A stretch of DNA of 64,000 nt, taken from Bacillales bacterium UBA1737 (GTDB lineage: Bacteria; Bacillota_I; Bacilli_A; ML615J-28; CAG-313). The DNA is taken from assembly GCA_002315915.1 (NCBI GenBank), contig DCIB01000002.1:20752-84751 (forward strand). Reading direction: 5' to 3'. The notes under the pieces are model-generated. The model searched no databases, was not told where the DNA came from, and saw only the letters and a list, made by a program, of their open reading frames with translations. The position numbers and the translations under genes were made by a program. The first letter of the stretch is position 1; each line of letters begins with the position of its first letter. This document shows positions 57,990-64,000 of this stretch, piece after piece.

Positions 57990-59146
57990 TGAAAGCATCT
58001 TTATTAAAAAAACAATGGTTTAAATCATTATTGTCTTCAATTGTTAGTATATTTATTGGTGTAGTTGTTGGATTTGTTGTAATGATAATCATTACATTAT
58101 TTAGTGAAACAAATACTGTTGCTGATTCATTTAAAGGTATTGGTATTATGTTATCAGGTCCTTTTGCATCAAAAACCACTGCGAATATGTTAATGAACTT
58201 AGGTAATACTATATTTTATACTACTCCATTAATAATGACAGGTTTATCTGTTGCTTTAGCATATAAAACAGGATTATTTAATATTGGTGCACCAGGACAA
58301 TACATTATGGGTACAGTAGCTTGTTTACTTGTTGCACTATTCTTACAAACTGATAATAGAGTATCAGGCGTATTTGTTTGGATATTAGCTGTATTAGCTG
58401 GTGCAGTTGCTGGTGCTTTATGGGGAACCATTCCAGGTATGCTAAAGGCATTCTTTAATATTAATGAAGTAATAGTATGTATTATGACTAACTGGATTGC
58501 AGCTAACATAGCTTCTTGGTTATTTTCAGCTACTCCCGCTATTTGGAGTACAGAGAATACTAAAGCTGGTTTCTTGATTAAGGTAGCTAATAACTATACT
58601 CCTAAACTTGGATTAGATAAAATATTTCAAAATTCTCTAGCCGACGGAGGAATTATATTTGCAATAATAATTGCGGTAATCATTTTTGTCATCTTAGAAA
58701 AAACAACATTTGGTTTCCAATTGAAATCTTGCGGTAGTAATAAAAACGCATCTAAATATGCTGGCTTAAATGATAAAAGAAATATTATTTTATCAATGGC
58801 TATTGCAGGAGCATTAGCAGGAATTGGTGCTTGTTTCTATTTCTTAAATCCAGGAATTGAATATAAATATTTATCTCAATACGCTGCTTTACCTGCTTAT
58901 GGATTTAATGGTATTGCATCAGCATTCTTAGCTAACTGTAGTCCTTTAGGAATAATTTTATCTTCATTCTTTATTAGATATATAAATACTGGTGGTGAAT
59001 TCTTAACTAAAGTAAATTTAAATAGATATGTTGCTGATATTGTTGTTGCTGTTATTATATATCTAGCTGGTTTTAGTAGAATCATCTTAGAAGGAATTAA
59101 TAAGATCTCAGATAAGATAATAGATAAAAAGGAGGATAATAAATAA
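57989..59146 (+). CDS. ABC transporter permease
   Basis: Polytopic. Start at ATG 57989 (TAATG overlap, GGAGG at 57978-57982). Confidence 0.85.
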   Translation: MKASLLKKQWFKSLLSSIVSIFIGVVVGFVVMIIITLFSETNTVADSFKGIGIMLSGPFASKTTANMLMNLGNTIFYTTPLIMTGLSVALAYKTGLFNIGAPGQYIMGTVACLLVALFLQTDNRVSGVFVWILAVLAGAVAGALWGTIPGMLKAFFNINEVIVCIMTNWIAANIASWLFSATPAIWSTENTKAGFLIKVANNYTPKLGLDKIFQNSLADGGIIFAIIIAVIIFVILEKTTFGFQLKSCGSNKNASKYAGLNDKRNIILSMAIAGALAGIGACFYFLNPGIEYKYLSQYAALPAYGFNGIASAFLANCSPLGIILSSFFIRYINTGGEFLTKVNLNRYVADIVVAVIIYLAGFSRIILEGINKISDKIIDKKEDNK

Positions 59147-60111
59147 TGGATAATTTAATACTTGTATTACAAAGTACCTTTGTTTATGCGGTTCCTCTTA
59201 TGATAGTTGCTTTAGGTGGATGTTTTTCTGAAAGAAGTGGTATTATAAATCTTGCTCTAGAAGGTGAAATGATTTTCGGATCATTTATTGGAGCTTTATT
59301 TGTATCTGCTTTTCAAAAGAATGGAACATTTGCTGATAATCAACAGTTAATGTTTATTATCGCCTTACTTATTTCAGGAATAGCTGGAGCATTATTTAGT
59401 TTATTGTTAAGTTTCGCCTCAATTAAATTAAAAGCAGATCAAACAATTGCAGGTACAGCTTTAAATATGCTTGCTCCAGGCATTCTCTTAACTTTATGTT
59501 TGGTAATAGCTAATCAAGAAAAATTAGTAATGAATCCAATGCCTAAATATGGTATTGTTTCATCACAACCACTATCACCATTATTAAGCCTTTTCTTTGA
59601 TAAAGTTTATATTTCTTCATACATAGGAATAGTATTATTTATACTATTATCACTTTGGTTATATAAATCTAAAGTTGGAACTCATATGAGAGCATGTGGT
59701 GAACATCCACAAGCTGCAGATTCTGTAGGTATTAATGTTGCTAAAATGAGATATTTAGGAACAACAATATCAGGCTTCTTAGCTGGATTTGGTGGATATG
59801 CTTATATTGCAACAGTTGCTGCTGGTACTGCTGAAAGTAGTGTTGGTGGTATGGGATTTTTAGCATTAGCAATTATGATTTTTGGAAACTGGAATCCTAT
59901 TGGAATATTCTTTGGATCATTACTATTTGGATTATTAAGTTGTATTGGTCCTATATCTGGTTCTGTTTCATTCTTAGCAGAATTAAATATTCCTATTTAT
60001 GTCTATAATATAATTCCATATGTTATTGTAATTATTGTTTTAATAATTTCAAGAAATAAATCTGGATGTCCAAAAGCTGAAGGAATTCCTTACGATAAAG
60101 GTCAAAGATAA
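59146..60111 (+). CDS. ABC transporter permease
   Basis: Polytopic. TAATG overlap with the previous permease. Confidence 0.85.
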   Translation: MDNLILVLQSTFVYAVPLMIVALGGCFSERSGIINLALEGEMIFGSFIGALFVSAFQKNGTFADNQQLMFIIALLISGIAGALFSLLLSFASIKLKADQTIAGTALNMLAPGILLTLCLVIANQEKLVMNPMPKYGIVSSQPLSPLLSLFFDKVYISSYIGIVLFILLSLWLYKSKVGTHMRACGEHPQAADSVGINVAKMRYLGTTISGFLAGFGGYAYIATVAAGTAESSVGGMGFLALAIMIFGNWNPIGIFFGSLLFGLLSCIGPISGSVSFLAELNIPIYVYNIIPYVIVIIVLIISRNKSGCPKAEGIPYDKGQR

Positions 60112-60117
60112 TTTAAA

Positions 60118-60144
60118 GTGTCTATCTTTATAAAAGATAGACAC
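60118..60144 (+). terminator. Rho-independent terminator
   Basis: GTGTCTATCTT (60118-60128) / AAGATAGACAC (60134-60144), T-rich tail. Confidence 0.65.
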
Positions 60145-60164
60145 CTTTATATTTTGTATTTATC

Positions 60165-60193
60165 TTGAAAATTATATATATGTTTGTTAAAAT
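60165..60193 (+). promoter_or_regulatory. Sigma-A-type promoter of the tRNA pair
   Basis: TTGAAA (60165-60170), 17-nt spacer, TAAAAT (60188-60193), 22 nt before tRNA-Trp. Confidence 0.55.
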
Positions 60194-60215
60194 ATAAAAG
60201 CAATAAATAAAACTT

Positions 60216-60289
60216 AGGGGCATCGTACAACGGTAGTACACCGGTCTCCAAAACCGTTAATATGGGTTCGATTCCTATTGCCCCTGCCA
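60216..60289 (+). tRNA. trnW: tRNA-Trp (anticodon CCA), CCA end encoded
   Basis: Acceptor AGGGGCA/TGCCCCT, D arm GTAC-AACGGTA-GTAC, anticodon loop CTCCAAA, T loop TTCGATT, 3' GCCA. One C-U mismatch at the top of the anticodon stem. Confidence 0.9.
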
Positions 60290-60290
60290 T

Positions 60291-60367
60291 GGCGAATATG
60301 GTGAAGTGGTTAACACGGCGGATTGTGGCTCCGTTATGCTAGGGTTCGACTCCCTATATTCGCCCCA
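60291..60367 (+). tRNA. trnH: tRNA-His (anticodon GTG) with encoded G-1 and CCA end
   Basis: G-1 at 60291 opposite discriminator C, acceptor GCGAATA/TATTCGC, anticodon loop TTGTGGC, T arm TAGGG-TTCGACT-CCCTA. Confidence 0.9.
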
Positions 60368-60383
60368 TAATTTTAAATAATCT

Positions 60384-60408
60384 GCTGATAGAAATATCAG
60401 CTTTTTTT
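60384..60408 (+). terminator. Rho-independent terminator after the tRNA pair
   Basis: GCTGATA (60384-60390) GAAA TATCAGC (60395-60401) then T7. Confidence 0.8.
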
Positions 60409-60461
60409 AATAATTTGTTAATCAAAACGTTTAATTTTAACCGATCTTATCAAATCTCTTG

Positions 60462-60477
60462 TTTTTTTTTTTTTTTT
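60462..60477 (+). repeat. Homopolymeric T16 tract
   Basis: 16 consecutive T counted directly, the longest homopolymer I noticed in the window. Confidence 0.95.
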
Positions 60478-60480
60478 AGT

Positions 60481-60506
60481 AAAATCTCCAAAAACAAGGA
60501 GATTTT
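60481..60506 (+). promoter_or_regulatory. Hairpin sequestering the ribosome-binding site of the downstream acyltransferase gene
   Basis: AAAATCTCC (60481-60489) / GGAGATTTT (60498-60506), 8-nt loop. GGAG at 60498-60501 is the only SD for ATG 60510. Confidence 0.5.
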
Positions 60507-60509
60507 TTA

Positions 60510-61814
60510 ATGAAAAAAGAAAAAAATATTCAAAAAGAATTAAGCGAACGTAAAGTTGGGATGCCTAATTTTTTTGTAAGATGTATATATTATTTGATAT
60601 ATCTATTTACATGTTCGAAAATGAAATGTGAATATAATATAATAGATGATCCTAAAAAAGAAAAAGGGCCTGCTGTTATATTACAGAATCACTTATCCAG
60701 ATTTGATCATTTTTTTATTCAAGGAGCATTATTTCCTAAAAAATTTACATTTATGGTTGCATATAATGAATTTTTTAGAAGTGGACAAAGTACATTTTTA
60801 AAATTATTTAGATGTATTCCAAAAAGAAATTCAGTTGCTGATCGTGGAGCTATGAAGAAATTAATTAGATTAATTAAAAGTGGTGGCACAGCAGTTATAG
60901 CTCCTGAAGGATTTACTTCTGTTGATGGTAAAAACCATCCAGTAGAACCAGGAAGTGGCCATTTACTTAAAATATTAAATGTACCTGTATATTACGCTGA
61001 ACTACGTGGACAATATTTAACAGCTACAAAAACATGTACAGATATTAGATATTCAAAATGTATGTGTACTATTAAAAAGATTTATGATCCAAAAGATTTA
61101 GAATCAAAAACTGGTGAAGAAATAGAATCTGATTTAAATAATTTATTCCATTTAGATGATTATGAATGGCAAAAAGAAAAACATTTATTATGGAAAACTA
61201 ATGGTACTATTTGTAAAGATCTACAAGACTTATTATATAGATGTCCTAAATGTGGAAAAATATTTTCTATGATATCAAGTGGAAACAAAATAGAATGCTC
61301 ATCATGTGGTAATGGAGCAACAATGGATGATTATTATGATTTTCATCCATATAAAGATTCTATTATTCCAGATACACCATCTAAGTGGAGTGATTTTGAA
61401 CGTTTAGAAATAATAAAAGAAATAAGAAATGACAAAAATTATTTTTATGAAGAACATGTTTTGCTTGGAGAACTATCCAATGATCATATTATTAAAGGCG
61501 GTGGAACAAGCGAAGTATGTGGTGAAGGAATATTTAGAATAGATCATGATGGAGTTCACTATACTGGTACAAGACATAATGAACCATTTAAAATTGATTT
61601 AGATTATACAGAAATTCACACAATATTAGGATCTACTGATTTTTCATATTATTTTGTATATAAAAATGGAGAATATTTCGATATATTCCCGCAAGAAAGA
61701 AGATCAGGTTATCATGCAATGCTATTGATAGAAGAAATGCATAGATTACATGTTAATACATATAAGAACCTTCCATGGTATGATTATATGTATAAAAACT
61801 TAGAAACTAACTAA
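60510..61814 (+). CDS. HX4D acyltransferase with internal zinc ribbon (paralog 2)
   Basis: NHLSRFD (HX4D), IAPEG, CPKCGK...CSSCGN. Collinear with the 16330-17643 product (by eye roughly 40% identity). Confidence 0.7.
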   Translation: MKKEKNIQKELSERKVGMPNFFVRCIYYLIYLFTCSKMKCEYNIIDDPKKEKGPAVILQNHLSRFDHFFIQGALFPKKFTFMVAYNEFFRSGQSTFLKLFRCIPKRNSVADRGAMKKLIRLIKSGGTAVIAPEGFTSVDGKNHPVEPGSGHLLKILNVPVYYAELRGQYLTATKTCTDIRYSKCMCTIKKIYDPKDLESKTGEEIESDLNNLFHLDDYEWQKEKHLLWKTNGTICKDLQDLLYRCPKCGKIFSMISSGNKIECSSCGNGATMDDYYDFHPYKDSIIPDTPSKWSDFERLEIIKEIRNDKNYFYEEHVLLGELSNDHIIKGGGTSEVCGEGIFRIDHDGVHYTGTRHNEPFKIDLDYTEIHTILGSTDFSYYFVYKNGEYFDIFPQERRSGYHAMLLIEEMHRLHVNTYKNLPWYDYMYKNLETN

Positions 61815-61820
61815 AAAAAA

Positions 61821-61843
61821 GCAAGTATCAAATTGATACTTGC
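61821..61843. terminator. Bidirectional terminator
   Basis: GCAAGTATCA (61821-61830) AAT TGATACTTGC (61834-61843), flanked by A8 and T4. Confidence 0.8.
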
Positions 61844-61845
61844 TT

Positions 61846-62661
61846 TTAGCTTTTAGCTTGTTTTACTTCGGATATTACTGTTTCATAATCAGTAAATATT
61901 AAATCTGCTAACCAAGGATTATCTATAAATGCATTATAATTACCTTGTCTACTTTTAACATATTTATTTCTAGCTATTTCTAATTCATCTACTGGATCTT
62001 CTTCGTTCCATCTAAGTAGCATTTCTATACTTTCACATACAGTTACTCTATCTAAGTCCATATCATATCTAACAGCTAGATAGAACATGATTCTTGCTAT
62101 ATCACCTTTAACTTCATTTGGTGGATTAAAGAATTTAGAACTTTCTCCAAATGCTTTATCCTGCCTGCTACTATTATATGAAGATAATTCAGGTCTTATA
62201 TGATGTAAATCACTACCTGCATTAGCATCGCTATTATCAACAGATTTATATAGTTTTTCACCGTATATACTCCATGATTGATTTTTTGGCCATACATGTT
62301 CCCTGTTCCAGGTATTTCCATTTTCCCATGTTCCATTTATTGATTGTCTTGTATAAAATGTTAATATATAATTATTTTTATTTGGATCTGCATCAGAATA
62401 TTTGAATAAATATCTAATTTCACCATATGTTAATTTTACTTTATGAGTTCTTGTCATTATATTTTGTAATTCTAAATATAATGCAGAACCTGTTAATCCA
62501 TCAGCTGATTCATAATATGATACCCTATTCCAATCATATACATATTGTTTAACTTCTGTTTCTTCTTGAGCAGGGTTATTATTTGGTGCATCTTCTTGAT
62601 TTGTACAACTATTAAGTAAAACTAATGATAATAATAAAAATATTATTAATAATTTCTTCAT
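61846..62661 (-). CDS. Endonuclease I-family extracellular nuclease, lipoprotein
   Basis: Lipobox LNSC (Cys19). NREHVWPKN and DLHHIRPELSSYNSSR motifs. Confidence 0.8.
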   Translation of the reverse strand: MKKLLIIFLLLSLVLLNSCTNQEDAPNNNPAQEETEVKQYVYDWNRVSYYESADGLTGSALYLELQNIMTRTHKVKLTYGEIRYLFKYSDADPNKNNYILTFYTRQSINGTWENGNTWNREHVWPKNQSWSIYGEKLYKSVDNSDANAGSDLHHIRPELSSYNSSRQDKAFGESSKFFNPPNEVKGDIARIMFYLAVRYDMDLDRVTVCESIEMLLRWNEEDPVDELEIARNKYVKSRQGNYNAFIDNPWLADLIFTDYETVISEVKQAKS

Positions 62662-62797
62662 TTTTTCACCTTTATATCTATATTTTATTAAATATATAGA
62701 TAAATATCAAAACAATAACATTAAATAGAAATGATTTTAATATATTGTATATATAATAAATATATTATATAATCTAAATATATAAAGGAGAATAATA

Positions 62798-63217
62798 ATG
62801 TATTGTAAATACTGTGGTACAAAATTAGATGATAATGTTATATTTTGTAGTAAGTGTGGCAAAAAAATAGGTGAAAAGAAAGCTTATTATGAAGATGAAA
62901 TAGATGATCTTACTCCGAAAGAAGAAGATATCTTTTATAAGAATGACAAAGATACAACATATGATAAAAATGAAACTAAAAATAAAGTAAATAAAGAAGA
63001 GGAAGAAGAGCAAGAAAAATCTAAGATGGTAGCAGGACTTCTAGCTATATTATTAGGTGGCTTTGGTATTCATAAATTTTATTTAGGCGACACTAAAAAA
63101 GGAATACTATACTTATTTTTTTCTTGGTCATATATACCGTTTATTTTATCTTTTATAGAAGGTATACAAATACTTTGTGAATCAGATAAAAACTTTAAAA
63201 AAAGAATAGTTAAATAA
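62798..63217 (+). CDS. Zinc-ribbon plus TM2-domain membrane protein
   Basis: CKYCG...CSKCG N-terminus. C-terminal GGFGIHKFYLGDTKKGILYLFF (TM2). Confidence 0.75.
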   Translation: MYCKYCGTKLDDNVIFCSKCGKKIGEKKAYYEDEIDDLTPKEEDIFYKNDKDTTYDKNETKNKVNKEEEEEQEKSKMVAGLLAILLGGFGIHKFYLGDTKKGILYLFFSWSYIPFILSFIEGIQILCESDKNFKKRIVK

Positions 63218-63235
63218 TACAAAAGAGGTAAAATT

Positions 63236-63964
63236 ATGAGTATATTATTTTTTCTAACTAATAATAGTAGTAATTCAGATCATCCAATACTATTTTATGC
63301 AGTATGGGGTATATTTGGAGTAATTATCTTATGGCTTTTATTATCTAGTATAATAGGCTCAATTAAATTTAAAAATGCTGATCATACAATTAATCCTAAT
63401 TATTTAAAAGAAGGACTAGATAAAGATACCAATGATGATGAAATGCATGAATATTATTTCCATTTTTATGGTAAATTAAATCAAAGTCATTGTTGTGTTA
63501 CTAAAGATAAACAATTAGTATATGAAATGAATAAAAGATATGTATCATTTTTAAAAGCTGAAGAATATGATTTTATTAATCATGTAACTAATACAAAAAC
63601 ATATCATGAAGTTGGTAAAACTGTTACTTCATCAGTTGGAGTAAATAATTTCAGTACCAATATTAAGTCATATTTTAAATTTGATGGTGTAAATATTTGG
63701 GATTATGTTAAAGATAATGGATTTACACATGAAATTGAATTCCACGGATTGCGTTATGCATATAACATCTTTAAAGAAGGTAAACAAATAGGTAGAATTG
63801 AAGTTGCATCTTATAAAGAAGTTATGGGTGGAAATGGTTTAAATATTGCAGGAAAAGGTTTCTATAAAGTAATATGTAAAGAAATGTATTTAGATCCTGT
63901 ATTATTATATGCTTTCTTGGATTCTAAAACAGAATTTTCAAATCAATCAATTAATAGATATTAA
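63236..63964 (+). CDS. Hypothetical membrane-anchored protein (possibly LURP-one/tubby-C-like barrel)
   Basis: One N-terminal TM helix. The C-terminal pattern YNIFKEGKQIGRIE...FYKVICKEMYLDPVLLYAFLD is weakly reminiscent of DUF567/scramblase-like folds. Confidence 0.4.
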   Translation: MSILFFLTNNSSNSDHPILFYAVWGIFGVIILWLLLSSIIGSIKFKNADHTINPNYLKEGLDKDTNDDEMHEYYFHFYGKLNQSHCCVTKDKQLVYEMNKRYVSFLKAEEYDFINHVTNTKTYHEVGKTVTSSVGVNNFSTNIKSYFKFDGVNIWDYVKDNGFTHEIEFHGLRYAYNIFKEGKQIGRIEVASYKEVMGGNGLNIAGKGFYKVICKEMYLDPVLLYAFLDSKTEFSNQSINRY

Positions 63965-63965
63965 A

Positions 63966-64000
63966 AAAATGATTGTACTTGTAATAAGTACAATCATTTT
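63966..64000 (+). terminator. Rho-independent terminator at the window edge
   Basis: AAAATGATTGTACTT (63966-63980) / AAGTACAATCATTTT (63986-64000), 15-bp stem. Confidence 0.7.

Noticed and set aside
60216-60512. The tRNA pair as an integration hotspot for the downstream accessory-looking genes
   Set aside because: There is no integrase, no direct repeat of a tRNA 3' end downstream, and no compositional break. Only the T16 tract is unusual, and it is reported separately.
16330-61814. The two acyltransferase paralogs, in opposite orientation 43 kb apart, as boundaries of an island or inversion
   Set aside because: The similarity is at protein level only (no long identical DNA), and the interval is filled with core housekeeping genes (serS, uvrA, trxB, whiA).
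61844-61858. Tandem TTTTAGC TTTTAGC duplication
   Set aside because: There are only two copies, and they fall at the stop codon and last codons of the nuclease gene next to the terminator. Too small to interpret.
1-64000. CRISPR arrays, IS elements, transposases, integrases, prophage genes, toxin-antitoxin or restriction-modification genes
   Set aside because: I scanned all ORF translations and intergenic regions by eye and found none. Intergenic spacers are short and explained by promoters and terminators.

Overview
Very AT-rich bacterial chromosome segment (by eye about 70-80% A+T, not computed). It is densely packed, with about 59 protein genes and 2 tRNAs, mostly on the + strand. It reads cleanly in the standard code: TGA is used as a stop and the only tRNA-Trp here has anticodon CCA. 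Gene content and local synteny suggest an anaerobic, reduced-genome Bacillota/Mycoplasmatota-like organism; this is inferred and no database search was possible. The supporting genes are tsaE-tsaB-rimI-tsaD, cdaA, trxB-whiA, a BMP-type nucleoside ABC transporter, a lipoprotein nuclease, NfnAB, and a Na+-pumping oxaloacetate decarboxylase with birA. Most of the window is ordinary housekeeping. I found no CRISPR array, IS element, integrase, prophage or recognisable defence system, and no convincing complete novel system. The parts worth a second look are: (1) a translationally coupled four-gene operon (25157-28043) whose third gene looks like a ferredoxin-dependent bilin reductase, beside a split-barrel flavoprotein, a DUF1295 membrane enzyme and an NmrA-like reductase, with NfnAB next door; (2) a 7.8-kb coupled unit (5397-13135) joining a 1386-aa intact but motif-degenerate Upf1/DUF4011-like pseudo-helicase, an ankyrin-repeat protein, cdaA, a PAS-like membrane protein in the usual cdaR slot, and a fused ispDF; (3) two giant repeat proteins (2-2923 and 18145-20928), the second with a CvpA-like membrane anchor, a near-consensus promoter and sharply different composition; (4) a family of zinc-ribbon HX4D acyltransferases (two full copies and one decayed stub), one copy preceded by a T16 tract in a promoter-spacer position and a hairpin that sequesters its ribosome-binding site. 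All functional calls rest on motif recognition by eye and need HMM or structure searches.
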